A DNA stretch of 64,000 nt from an uncultured Candidatus Saccharibacteria bacterium (lineage in GTDB: Bacteria > Patescibacteriota > Minisyncoccia > UBA6257 > Colwellbacteraceae): positions 73,049-137,048 of the forward strand of contig CAZXPC010000002.1 of the NCBI GenBank assembly GCA_964643135.1, written 5' to 3'. Shown piece by piece: positions 1 through 9,304 of the stretch. The notes below the pieces were generated by a model. The model worked only from the letters and a program-made list of their open reading frames with translations. It was not told where the DNA came from and did not search any database. Each line of letters starts with the position of its first letter. Position 1 is the first letter of the stretch. The translations under genes were made by a program, and so were the position numbers.

Positions 1-10
1 ACCCCAGCAT

Positions 11-1150
11 ATGAAACTAAATAAAACATATCTTGGTTTTTCTTCAGCATTCTTGTTATTAGTTATAGGTTATCTGTTCTCAGTTTCCGCAGTCCTGGCC
101 GCCCCCACCCAAAACCCTCCCAATGGCGGAGTGATCCAGATAACCCCTTCAGCTACCGTCACCCCTCTCGTCATCAATGCCGCTACCGGAGCCATCACAA
201 CCGGTATTTGGAACGGCACTCCCGTTAGCCTCATCTATGGCGGCACTGGCCGAGCTATCACCGACTCTGCGAGCAAGACCGCCTTCAGAAACGATGTCCT
301 AGCCGCCCAAGGCAACGGCCAGAATGATGATATTACCGCCTTCTCTATCCTTAACAGCATCACGAGTAACACTTCTTTAGCCCTGAATGCCGGAGGCTCC
401 AACCAAAACATCACCCTGACTCCATCGGGGACGGGCTATACCATTCTGAATGGCAAGGTGGGAATTGGGATTGCGATTCCGCTGTCTACCCTTCATGTTA
501 GATCTTCAGGGAATGCCTTTGAAAGACTAGACGCAGATACGGGCGGCTATGCCGGCCTACAATTTAATACCGGTTCGACGGTAAACTGGACTATTCAACG
601 GCCGCCTAGCACAACCGACTTGAGGTTCAACGATGGTTCGGCGGATCGGCTAACGCTGAAGAACGGCGGCAACATTACCATTGCAGGCACGCTCGATTTG
701 GGTGCGAATAAAATTACCAACGTAGCTGCTCCGACGGCTAGTTCTGATGCTGCAACTAAAGGCTATGTTGATGCCGCGGCTGGAGGATGTAGCGGTTCTC
801 CAAAGGCTACCAACGACACTAGCCCATGGAATTATACTGGCGTTCTGGCAAACCTAACCGCATATGGTCCTTACGCCAGCCTATCTCCAGCTTTCAGCCA
901 AAACGGCTGTGTTTTTGGAGTATCAGTCTGGAACAAAAGCGGCACAAGTACGTCAATGAGTCTCGAGCTTTCAGTCGATGATGCCTCGAACACAGTGATA
1001 GCAGTAATTCCAATAGCATCATACACTGGTACTACACAGTATGTTTATTTCCCTCCCGTTCAAGTTGCCAGCGGACGCACTGTGCGTGGGCGCCTAGCTA
1101 CACATGATAATGCCCCCACTATTGATTTATCACTGCTCATGGATCGATAA
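11..1150 (+). CDS. Secreted/surface protein with tail-fibre/adhesin-like motifs
   Basis: N-terminal hydrophobic signal/TM followed by PTQNPP; GKVGIG motif and a YadA-stalk-like 'KITNVAAPTASSDAATKGYVD' motif; T/S/G/N-rich. Confidence 0.6.
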   Translation: MKLNKTYLGFSSAFLLLVIGYLFSVSAVLAAPTQNPPNGGVIQITPSATVTPLVINAATGAITTGIWNGTPVSLIYGGTGRAITDSASKTAFRNDVLAAQGNGQNDDITAFSILNSITSNTSLALNAGGSNQNITLTPSGTGYTILNGKVGIGIAIPLSTLHVRSSGNAFERLDADTGGYAGLQFNTGSTVNWTIQRPPSTTDLRFNDGSADRLTLKNGGNITIAGTLDLGANKITNVAAPTASSDAATKGYVDAAAGGCSGSPKATNDTSPWNYTGVLANLTAYGPYASLSPAFSQNGCVFGVSVWNKSGTSTSMSLELSVDDASNTVIAVIPIASYTGTTQYVYFPPVQVASGRTVRGRLATHDNAPTIDLSLLMDR

Positions 1151-1215
1151 GGTAGGGTCAGGCCAGAATCTTCAAACTACGAATTTGCCTCTATTTGTGA
1201 GATAATCTCATAAAT

Positions 1216-2271
1216 ATGGACATCTTGTTTTTAGCCTTGATACTTGTTGCTGTTGTCGTCGGCTTCGGCGCGCTGTTTTTATATATCAAAAAGAATTCTC
1301 GGCCGGTTGAAACAGGGAAGGATAGTTTTCTGATGCTTCAGAACCAAATTAATGATTTGAACCGGGCGATGGAGGCCCGTATGCACGAATCGAATCGGAC
1401 TCTTAGAGAGCAGTCCAGCGAAAGCAATAAAACTGTCCGCGATGTTATCGAAAAGCTCACTAGGCTTGAGGAGACCAATAAGCAGGTTGTCGGTTTTGCC
1501 GATCAGCTTAAGTCTCTTCAGGATATTTTGAAAAACCCGAAACAGAGGGGAGTTCTCGGCGAATATTATTTGGAAACTTTATTGAAGAATGTCCTCCCGC
1601 CGGGCATCTATCAAATGCAATATCCGTTTAAGGACGGCGCGATCGTTGACGCGGTTGTGTTTGTTGGCAAGAAGCCGAATGAGAAAATAATTCCCATTGA
1701 CTCAAAGTTTTCGCTCGAAAATTATAATCGGCTCATCGAAGCCAGGGATCCGTCCGAAAAGGACCGCCTCGAGAAACTTTTTGTCAGCGACCTTAAGAAC
1801 CGAATTGTCGAGACATCAAAATATATCCGTCCTGAAGAGGGAACGACAGATTTTGCCTTTATGTTTATTCCGCATGAAGCGATTTATTATGATTTGCTTA
1901 TTAACAAAGTCGGAGCAGTTACCGAAGACACCGAGAATCTTATCCAGCGCGCCGCCGGGAAATACAAAGTATTAATTGTTTCGCCGACATCCTTCTTGGC
2001 TTATCTCCAAACTGTGCTTCAAGGCTTGAGAGCGGTCAAAATAGAAGAATCAGCCAAGGAAATAATTAAGCAAGTCGAGAATTTAGGCAAACACCTGAAA
2101 GGTTACGAAGACTACCACAACAAGTTGGGAAAGAACCTGGACACAGTAGTCAATCAATACAATCTTTCCGGCAATGAATTTAAAAAAATAGGCAAAGACG
2201 TTTTGAAGATCAGCGAATTCGCGATGAATGTCGAGCCGTTAGAGGTTGCGGGTCCAAAAAACGAAGAATAA
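1216..2271 (+). CDS. rmuC: DNA recombination protein RmuC
   Basis: N-terminal TM, coiled coil, 'PKQRGVLGEYYLE', 'IPIDSKF', 'TTDFAFMFIPHEAIY', 'VSPTSF' motifs. Confidence 0.9.
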   Translation: MDILFLALILVAVVVGFGALFLYIKKNSRPVETGKDSFLMLQNQINDLNRAMEARMHESNRTLREQSSESNKTVRDVIEKLTRLEETNKQVVGFADQLKSLQDILKNPKQRGVLGEYYLETLLKNVLPPGIYQMQYPFKDGAIVDAVVFVGKKPNEKIIPIDSKFSLENYNRLIEARDPSEKDRLEKLFVSDLKNRIVETSKYIRPEEGTTDFAFMFIPHEAIYYDLLINKVGAVTEDTENLIQRAAGKYKVLIVSPTSFLAYLQTVLQGLRAVKIEESAKEIIKQVENLGKHLKGYEDYHNKLGKNLDTVVNQYNLSGNEFKKIGKDVLKISEFAMNVEPLEVAGPKNEE

Positions 2272-2321
2272 TTAAATAAACCAAAGTCACCTCTATTGAC
2301 GATCGTTAATGTAGGCGACAT

Positions 2322-2993
2322 TTGAGAAAAATGAATGAGGAGTTGTTAAAAAATAAGTGGTCTGAGTTTCGTCGCCGGGCAGCGCTTTTTAACCATATTC
2401 CTTTTATTGATTTTGTCATGGCCGCTGGCTCGATGGCGATGGGGACGGCGAAGGAATCGTCTGATTTTGATGTGATCGTGGGCGTCCGCGCCGGCCGCAT
2501 GTTCACCGTAAGAATCTTGTCGGTGCTATTTTTTAATTTGGCTGGTTGGAGGAGGAATAAAGATGACAGCAAAGACAAGAATGAGTCGAAAGATAAAATT
2601 TGTCTCAGCCATTTTGTAACCCCGGCGAGCTACCGCCTCACTCCGCCGCACAATTCATATTGGGTAAAACTCTACCAGTCGCTGGTGCCGCTTGTCGGTA
2701 GCGCCGATAAAATAGGAGAATTTTTTGCGGCGAATGAAGACTGGGCTGCTCCTATGCCGAAATACAACGGCGGCGATCTCCGCAACCCTTCATTCATAAG
2801 AGCAGTCTTAGAGCTCATTCTCGGCGGCCGCTTCGGCGACTGGGCCGAGAAAAAATTTAAAGCTTATCAAATAAAGCGAGTGGAGCGCGGAATGGCCGAA
2901 ACGCCAACTTTCAAGCCGCGCATAATCTATTCGGATATTGAATTGGAATTCCATCCCCACACCAAAAGAATTGAGGAGATGATCTCGCGTTGA
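2322..2993 (+). CDS. Nucleotidyltransferase-domain protein (start may be ATG 2331)
   Basis: GS..G.....SDFD motif of the Pol-beta NTase superfamily. Confidence 0.65.
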   Translation: MRKMNEELLKNKWSEFRRRAALFNHIPFIDFVMAAGSMAMGTAKESSDFDVIVGVRAGRMFTVRILSVLFFNLAGWRRNKDDSKDKNESKDKICLSHFVTPASYRLTPPHNSYWVKLYQSLVPLVGSADKIGEFFAANEDWAAPMPKYNGGDLRNPSFIRAVLELILGGRFGDWAEKKFKAYQIKRVERGMAETPTFKPRIIYSDIELEFHPHTKRIEEMISR

Positions 2994-3027
2994 CTTTCAT
3001 CAGTAATTCCGATAGTTTTTAACAGAG

Positions 3028-3441
3028 TTGATCCTCGTGGTATTTGAGCACATGCCTGTTCTCATCCCCGTAGCAGGAAAGACGCCGCCGGAAGCGCATG
3101 CTCTTTTTAGAAAAGCCGGTCTTCGAAAGGGGACGCCTGAAGAGATCATGGTATTTCTGCAAGCCAACCCAGAGCTCGGACCGATTAGGATTGTCTGGCC
3201 AAAGTGGTACGGCAGTCCGAACGGCTTCGAGATCCTGAGCTCCGTGTATGGGCTTGTCTCGGGAAGGGTAGACAACAAGTGGGCGTACAATCAGGTTACC
3301 CAGATCAGAGCTGGAGTCTTCATACTGGGTTTCAAGTCCGTCCGTGTTCGGACAAGGAAGAAGAAGCTCGCCAAGCCCAAGTCCGTGAGAATGGGCTTGC
3401 GTTGCGATGACGATGCTCTGGCCGCCATAGACAGGTCCTAA
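3028..3441 (+). CDS. Hypothetical protein (ORFan-like)
   Basis: Open frame between a TTGACT box and a hairpin+T tract; no recognised motif; start uncertain. Confidence 0.45.
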   Translation: MILVVFEHMPVLIPVAGKTPPEAHALFRKAGLRKGTPEEIMVFLQANPELGPIRIVWPKWYGSPNGFEILSSVYGLVSGRVDNKWAYNQVTQIRAGVFILGFKSVRVRTRKKKLAKPKSVRMGLRCDDDALAAIDRS

Positions 3442-3516
3442 GTCTCTCGTCCCCCCTCGGTCCCGTGATCGAGGCTTTTTCTTTTCAACTAATTCTCTAT
3501 ATAATAACTCTATACT

Positions 3517-5712
3517 ATGTTGCTGAAATCACTGGAATTGCAGGGGTTCAAGTCATTTGCTGATAAAACAGTTTTGGACTTAAGTTCTGACATCACGGGC
3601 ATCGTTGGCCCGAACGGTTCGGGCAAATCGAACGTGACGGACGCGATCCGCTGGCTTTTGGGTGAGCGCGATGCCCGCAACTTGCGTGGCGGCAAAGTTG
3701 AGGACCTGATTTTTGCGGGCACTGAAAAAAAGCCCCGCTCGGGCCAAGCGCAGGCGACTTTAACTTTTGATAATTCGACTAAGTTTTTCCCAGTTGATTA
3801 CAACGAGGTCTCGATTTCCCGCAAAGTAACGCGTGACGGCGATTCGCTTTTTTATATCAATAAAGCCGAAGTGCGCCTGAAAGACGTGATCGATTTTTTT
3901 GCCAAAGCTAAACTCGGTGCGCGCGGGCTAACAATCATTACTCAAGGCTCAAGCGATTTATTTATCCGCTCGACGCCGGTGGAGAGAAAAGAGATGATCG
4001 AAGAGATTTTGGGTCTCAAGGAATATCAGATCAAAAAGAACGACTCGATACGTAAACTTAAGAATTCCAATATCAATTTAGAGACGGTTAACGCTTCGCT
4101 TCAGGAGCTGAAGCCTCATCTGAGATTCTTAAAGCGCCAGGTTTCGCGGTACGAAGAGCGCGACACCATGGCCACCGAACTAAAAAGTTTGGAAGACGGT
4201 TTCTATGGCCGCAAGTTTAAGTTTTTGAAAACAGATTCAGTAAATTTCAAGTCGCAGCTGGAGCGGATTGAGAAGATAATCATCGATGAGCAAAAGCTGT
4301 ATCAAGAGCTGGAAGCAAAACTGGCCGAGGTCAAGAAAACTGAACCGGAGAGCGCCGGCGACTTTAAAGCGCTCGAGCATGATCGGACGGCATTGCTTGT
4401 GAAACGCGCCGAGATTCAGCGCGAACTGGGCAAATTAGAGGCTCGTATCGAGTTTGAGATGGAGGCCGAAGTCGCCAAAAGCGTAGATGCTTTAGAAACC
4501 TTGAAAGAGCTAAGAGCAATCGCTGAGGATATACAATATGAGTCAGACGTGGCCAAGCTTAAGATTAAAATTGACGAAATGCTTGTTAAGATCGATGAGG
4601 TTTTTAATGGCCCCAAGGCTCCGTCCAAAGCCAAAAAAGAAATGAGCCCCGAGCTAAAAGAGCTGGAAAAAGGGCTGGGGACGCAGTTAAAGGGATTGGA
4701 TGCTGAAATAAAAGAATTGGCGCTCAAAGAAGAGCAGGTGCGGAGCGGGCTAAGCGGGTTCAATAAGCTTTTTAGCGAGAGCTACGAGCGGGCTGAGAGC
4801 CAGCGGAAAAAAGTAGACGGGCTCGCGGCCGACAAAAATAGATTGCAATTCGAAATTGAGAAAGTTGAACTAAAAATCAGCAACCTCAAAGAAGAAATCA
4901 TGCAGGCCGGGCGAACTCTGGAGTCTTTGGACGACGCCGGTTCAAAAGATTTGCCGAGCGGTATGGGTGATGATGAAATTATGCGCCGGATGTTTAAGCT
5001 GCGCGGCGAATTGGCCGGCATTGGCGAGATCGATCAAAATTTGGTTAAGGATGCGAAGGAGACCGAAGAAAGGTTTAATTTCCAAACTCAGCAGGTGGCC
5101 GACTTGGAAACGGCTATCAAGGATTTGAAAGTATTGATCAAGGATTTGGATCAAAAAATCCATTATGATTTTACCGAGGCGATTAAAACTATTAACGAGG
5201 AATTTATTAAATTGATTCGCATGACCTTCGGCGGGGGAACGGCGAAATTGGTCATCAAAAAAATTGAAACGAAGAGCGAAATTGAGGAGGTAGAGGAGGA
5301 GCAAGAGGGCGCGAAAAATAAGTCGGAGGAACTGGTCCCCGAGGAAAAAGAAGCAGCGCAGGGAATTGAAGTTGAGTTAAATCTGCCCAAAAAAAGGATC
5401 AAGGGCTTGGATGTTTTGTCCGGCGGAGAAAGAACTCTGGTTTCGGTAGCGGTCTTGTTCTCGCTGATTTCGGTCTCGCCGCCGCCGTTTCTAGTTTTAG
5501 ACGAAGTTGATGCGGCGCTCGATGAAGCGAACGCGCGCCGCTGCAGCGAAATATTAAAAGAATTTTCTAAAAAATCGCAGTTTATTGTGGTGACCCACAA
5601 CCGGGCGACGATGGAGGTAGCGAACGTGCTCTACGGAGTCACTATGCAAAACGACGGCACTTCTCGTCTTTTGTCTCTTAAATTGGAAGACGCCGATAAG
5701 GTTATTGCCTGA
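3517..5712 (+). CDS. smc: Short SMC-family ATPase with no recognisable hinge
   Basis: 'LELQGFKSFA', Walker A GPNGSGKSN, signature LSGGE, Walker B LDEVDAALD, 'QFIVVTH'; central coiled coil. Confidence 0.88.
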   Translation: MLLKSLELQGFKSFADKTVLDLSSDITGIVGPNGSGKSNVTDAIRWLLGERDARNLRGGKVEDLIFAGTEKKPRSGQAQATLTFDNSTKFFPVDYNEVSISRKVTRDGDSLFYINKAEVRLKDVIDFFAKAKLGARGLTIITQGSSDLFIRSTPVERKEMIEEILGLKEYQIKKNDSIRKLKNSNINLETVNASLQELKPHLRFLKRQVSRYEERDTMATELKSLEDGFYGRKFKFLKTDSVNFKSQLERIEKIIIDEQKLYQELEAKLAEVKKTEPESAGDFKALEHDRTALLVKRAEIQRELGKLEARIEFEMEAEVAKSVDALETLKELRAIAEDIQYESDVAKLKIKIDEMLVKIDEVFNGPKAPSKAKKEMSPELKELEKGLGTQLKGLDAEIKELALKEEQVRSGLSGFNKLFSESYERAESQRKKVDGLAADKNRLQFEIEKVELKISNLKEEIMQAGRTLESLDDAGSKDLPSGMGDDEIMRRMFKLRGELAGIGEIDQNLVKDAKETEERFNFQTQQVADLETAIKDLKVLIKDLDQKIHYDFTEAIKTINEEFIKLIRMTFGGGTAKLVIKKIETKSEIEEVEEEQEGAKNKSEELVPEEKEAAQGIEVELNLPKKRIKGLDVLSGGERTLVSVAVLFSLISVSPPPFLVLDEVDAALDEANARRCSEILKEFSKKSQFIVVTHNRATMEVANVLYGVTMQNDGTSRLLSLKLEDADKVIA

Positions 5713-5782
5713 TTGACTCTTCGTGCCTTTCACGGTATAAAGAAGATGATCGCAGAGGGTCGTAAGACTTTTCTGCGTATGG

Positions 5783-6139
5783 ATGAGGGAACCGTACATG
5801 AGTGAAGAGCTTCGTGAATATCTGAAGGGGTGTGCGCAAGAACTCCAGGCCAGTTATCGCGGCTACGAGAAGCGGAAGCAAAGCTCGGCCGGGACGGCGG
5901 GTGAACATGTGGCCAAGTTCGAAGCAACGGTCTTGATGCTCGCAGCCATGGTCGACCACGGCGAGATCACTCTCGAGGAACTCGCTTTGGAAGGCGGACT
6001 GCTCTTGGACCTGCAAGGCAAGCTCAAGGGTCGACGGACCAAGGCCGAGCGCGCGATCGAGAGCGAGCGTCAAGAACTCGCGATCGTTGCGTTGGCGCAG
6101 ACGCTCTCTTCGGAGGAGCGGCTCTCGACGCAGTGGTAG
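5783..6139 (+). CDS. Hypothetical helical protein (start may be ATG 5798)
   Basis: GC-rich frame preceded by TTGACT-17-TATAAA (5713-5741), followed by hairpin and T tract. Confidence 0.55.
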   Translation: MREPYMSEELREYLKGCAQELQASYRGYEKRKQSSAGTAGEHVAKFEATVLMLAAMVDHGEITLEELALEGGLLLDLQGKLKGRRTKAERAIESERQELAIVALAQTLSSEERLSTQW

Positions 6140-6214
6140 TGCTCTCACGGCTGCCTAGTTAGCCAGACTGGTCAGCCGTGTTTTATTTTTGAATTATTAT
6201 GGTTTAATTAGGCT

Positions 6215-6829
6215 ATGGAAAGACTACCAAATAGAGAAAACCCAGGAATTCCGCATGATGTTGTGGTTAGGCCGGAAGAGGTTGTAGTTACTGCCAAGGT
6301 ACGAAACGGTGGCGACATCGAAGACGTAAACACTGCTGTCTACGAGGACTCCGGCGTGCAAAAGCTAAGAGTAAAAATCATACGCGAAAACGCCATCGAC
6401 AGTTTTGTGGCCGAGATGCCCGTAAAGGTCGCCGCGGGCACGAGGAACATTGAGACAAACTTTACCGATGATGGGATTGAGATAAGGGTTAGGAGAACTG
6501 GAGAGAGTGTGAAGATACTAAAGGATTTACCAGCCATCGAACCGAAAGATACTCTTTCGCCGCTGATTGCGCGAGATTTGGACCGAAATGGGTTTGTGTT
6601 CGATGTTGATCTGCATATGGTCGGTAACCCCGATGTTGAGATAACGCCCCGCAAGGAAGAAGGGACCGGCAAAGATTTAATTGATGTTAGAATCTCGATT
6701 GACAACGGAGAGTCGACGCTTCAGACTTTCCGGTTTCCGCTGCCCATTGACGTTGCGAGAATTAAGAAGAATACGAATAACGGCCAGCTCGAAGTTTTTT
6801 TCCCGATAAAGGTTGACAATAACGGATAA
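6215..6829 (+). CDS. Protein with two divergent Hsp20/alpha-crystallin-like halves
   Basis: C-half 'FRFPLPIDVARIKKNTNNGQLEVFFP' resembles the sHsp core; N-half 'IETNFTDDGIEIRV' is similar. Confidence 0.5.
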   Translation: MERLPNRENPGIPHDVVVRPEEVVVTAKVRNGGDIEDVNTAVYEDSGVQKLRVKIIRENAIDSFVAEMPVKVAAGTRNIETNFTDDGIEIRVRRTGESVKILKDLPAIEPKDTLSPLIARDLDRNGFVFDVDLHMVGNPDVEITPRKEEGTGKDLIDVRISIDNGESTLQTFRFPLPIDVARIKKNTNNGQLEVFFPIKVDNNG

Positions 6830-6859
6830 TCCTTTATTATCTTAAGCACACAAAAACAC

Positions 6860-7201
6860 ATGTTAGCTATCAAATTACAAGGAGCCGGCAAGAAGCATCA
6901 GCGGTCTTTTCGTTTTGTCGTTCAGGAAAGGCGCTCAAAGCTCGTCGGCAAGTCGATTGAAGACTTGGGCTGGTATAACCCCCACACCAATAAGTCAGAG
7001 ATCAACAAAGACCGGGCCGCTCACTGGATCAAAGTTGGCGCCAAGCCGACTATGACCGTGGCTCAGATTTTTAAGAAAAACAAAATCTCTTTACCGAAGG
7101 GTTTGAAGACATCAAAAACATACGCATTGAAGAAGTCTGAAGAGCCGGCCAAGGCCGCTCCAGCTGCCGCGCCAGCGGCTGAAGCTCCGGCCGCCGCCTA
7201 G
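6860..7201 (+). CDS. rpsP: 30S ribosomal protein S16
   Basis: 'MLAIKL..GKKHQRSFRFVV','IEDLGWYNP','WIKVGAKPT'; Ala/Pro tail. Confidence 0.95.
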   Translation: MLAIKLQGAGKKHQRSFRFVVQERRSKLVGKSIEDLGWYNPHTNKSEINKDRAAHWIKVGAKPTMTVAQIFKKNKISLPKGLKTSKTYALKKSEEPAKAAPAAAPAAEAPAAA

Positions 7202-7293
7202 TTCTCTCTAAGATCGCCGCCGCAATTCAGATATTGTATAATCAGAGTTGATCAGAAAGGTCGAAAGAATAACAGATAATCCTAAAACGAAAG

Positions 7294-7653
7294 ATGTCAG
7301 AATTCGCTGATGAGAAGTTTCTAGAATTTGTTGTTAAGAACATTGTCGACAACCCGAATGATGTCAAAATCAACCGTGTTGTGGACGAAATGGGTGTGCT
7401 CTTGTCTTTGACCGTTAACGCTAAAGACATGGGCCAGGTGGTCGGTCGCGAAGGCAATACCGCCAAGGCTATTCGTTCATTGCTCCGTATAGTTGGTATC
7501 AAGCACAACGCTCGCATCAACCTGAAGATCGAGGAACCCGAGGGAGGAAGAATGAGCGGTACGCCGGCAGGCCAAGCGCCTGCTGAAGCCGCTCCACGCG
7601 CACCAAGAATGGGTGCTATGGACAAAGTGATCGACGATATTAAAGGAATGTAG
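7294..7653 (+). CDS. khpA: KH-domain RNA-binding protein KhpA
   Basis: 'DMGQVVGREGNTAKAIRSLL' KH motif; position after rpsP. Confidence 0.9.
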   Translation: MSEFADEKFLEFVVKNIVDNPNDVKINRVVDEMGVLLSLTVNAKDMGQVVGREGNTAKAIRSLLRIVGIKHNARINLKIEEPEGGRMSGTPAGQAPAEAAPRAPRMGAMDKVIDDIKGM

Positions 7654-7657
7654 AAAC

Positions 7658-7683
7658 CAAGACCCGCCGGAAGGCGGGTCTTG
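7658..7683 (+). terminator. Hairpin, probable terminator
   Basis: CAAGACCCGCC-GGAA-GGCGGGTCTTG perfect inverted repeat after the khpA stop. Confidence 0.7.
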
Positions 7684-7740
7684 AATTTGATAAGCTAGAA
7701 TCCTGTGATAACCTAAAGTTGTACAGATTCCATACTAAAC

Positions 7741-8058
7741 ATGGCTAATCAATCTATTTTTACAAAAGAGATGGGATTGTTCGCGATAGGTTTTTTTGCC
7801 GTAATCTTAATCTTGGCGTGGGGTATCATTATCCTGAGCCTGGGTTGTTATGGGTATAATTGTCTCGGGGCGGCATTAGCATTTTTCTGGGGCGCAATCC
7901 CAACATCAATATTAGGAGAAATTAGTTCGATCTTCGTCCTAATTGGCTCGAAGCAAGATAATATTACCAGAACTAAAGCCCTGTTCGCATCCATATTTTT
8001 TGGATTATTCATTCTTGTGTTTTTATTTTTCCTAATATCAGGAACTTCTCCTATTTAG
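7741..8058 (+). CDS. Small 3-TM membrane protein
   Basis: Three hydrophobic segments; AT-rich. Confidence 0.6.
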   Translation: MANQSIFTKEMGLFAIGFFAVILILAWGIIILSLGCYGYNCLGAALAFFWGAIPTSILGEISSIFVLIGSKQDNITRTKALFASIFFGLFILVFLFFLISGTSPI

Positions 8059-8072
8059 CCTTATTCTTTTTA

Positions 8073-8747
8073 ATGCAATTTTACATCGTCACACTTTTTC
8101 CGGAAGTTATTGAGGCTTACACCAATGAGTCTATTATTGGTCGGGCGGTTAAAAATAAGCTGATCAAGGTTAAGACTGTTAATTTGCGCGAGTACGGAGA
8201 AGGTAAGCGGCGGAATGTTGATGAGCGCGCGTATGGCGGCGGGCCGGGGATGGTACTAAAGATTGGTCCGATATTAAAAGCGATCCAATATTTAACTAAA
8301 AGCTATAAGCTAAAAACTAAAAGCTCTAAAATTATTATTACTTCAGCTGGCGGGAAAACTTTTGATGACAAAATGGCGATCAATCTCTCAAAAAAGTTTA
8401 GAGATATTATAATTTTATGCGGTCACTACGAGGGGATTGATGAACGACTTAAGAAAATCCTGAAAGATCAGGGTTTCGCGGTGGAAGAGGTTTCGATAGG
8501 GGATTATGTTTTAACCGGCGGCGAATTGCCGGCGCTTGTTATGCTCGACTCGATTGCGCGGAAAATTCCTGGCGTTTTAGGCAAATTTGAATCGCTCGAG
8601 GAGAACCGCCTTGGCGCGGGCGTGCCGAGCTACACCCGGCCGGAAACTTTCAAATACAGAGGTGTCACCTATGCAGTTCCGAAAGTGCTGCTTTCGGGCC
8701 ACCATGCAGAAATTGAGAAGTGGAGAGCAAGCAAAAAGAAAATTTGA
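8073..8747 (+). CDS. trmD: tRNA (guanine37-N1)-methyltransferase
   Basis: 'TLFPE','YGGGPGMVL','CGHYEGIDER','SIGDYVLTGGELPA','VPKVLLSGHH'. Confidence 0.96.
   Translation: MQFYIVTLFPEVIEAYTNESIIGRAVKNKLIKVKTVNLREYGEGKRRNVDERAYGGGPGMVLKIGPILKAIQYLTKSYKLKTKSSKIIITSAGGKTFDDKMAINLSKKFRDIIILCGHYEGIDERLKKILKDQGFAVEEVSIGDYVLTGGELPALVMLDSIARKIPGVLGKFESLEENRLGAGVPSYTRPETFKYRGVTYAVPKVLLSGHHAEIEKWRASKKKI
8294..8328 (+). repeat. Five degenerate heptamers inside trmD
   Basis: AACTAAA AGCTATA AGCTAAA AACTAAA AGCTCTA, read in frame as TKSYKLKTKSS. Confidence 0.65.
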
Positions 8748-8792
8748 CGGAGTGGCGGGAAGACATATACTTTTAACGTTGGAGGAAAAAGC

Positions 8793-9119
8793 GTGTCTTC
8801 GCTAATCGCAGAAGCGCGATCTCCTCTCAATGTCGAGGGGATCATTCATTTCCCGGGCATAGGGAACACCTTCAATTACAAGGAGCTCCTGAAGCGCTAC
8901 CAACCTGTTTTTGAGGGCGATGCCGTTGTGATCATTGTCTTCGAAGATAACACGATGGTCCGTGCTGAAACCTTTGGTTTCCTCGTGTTGTCCATTCTGG
9001 GCAGTCATCAGCACCCGATCCGCGAGGTCCTGCGCATTCCTCTCCGCATCTGGGATAGTAAACCTATGCGCGAGATCGTGTCTAAGGTTATCATCCCGGA
9101 CCTCAGGGGGCCCATCTAG
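8793..9119 (+). CDS. Hypothetical protein
   Basis: GGAGG before a GTG start; TTGACG..TATACT upstream. Confidence 0.55.
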   Translation: MSSLIAEARSPLNVEGIIHFPGIGNTFNYKELLKRYQPVFEGDAVVIIVFEDNTMVRAETFGFLVLSILGSHQHPIREVLRIPLRIWDSKPMREIVSKVIIPDLRGPI

Positions 9120-9215
9120 ACACTTAGACTCTTGCCATCGCTCCGCCGCTTGAATTGGCCGCGGAGCATTTTCTTACTTGAAAATAAAAAGGACCTAGTA
9201 TATGATTCTGGAACT

Positions 9216-9271
9216 AACTTATACCTTTTCTAGGTAGCCCCTGTGCTTTAACGGGAGGCGGTAAGTAAGTT
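9216..9271 (+). promoter_or_regulatory. Structured 5' leader of rpsB (candidate S2 autoregulatory RNA)
   Basis: AACTTATACC pairs with GGTAAGTAAGTT, enclosing a GCCCCTGT/ACGGGAGGC stem. Confidence 0.4.
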
Positions 9272-9304
9272 TTTTATTAATCAAAACAAAAGTTAATTAT
9301 CAAC

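Noticed and set aside
11-1150. Phage tail fibre indicating a prophage
   Set aside because: It has a signal/TM N-terminus and no phage genes downstream; more likely a cellular surface protein. Upstream context is outside the window.
5702-6148. Minus-strand 148-aa ORF
   Set aside because: The plus-strand ORF has the promoter, terminator and more protein-like composition.
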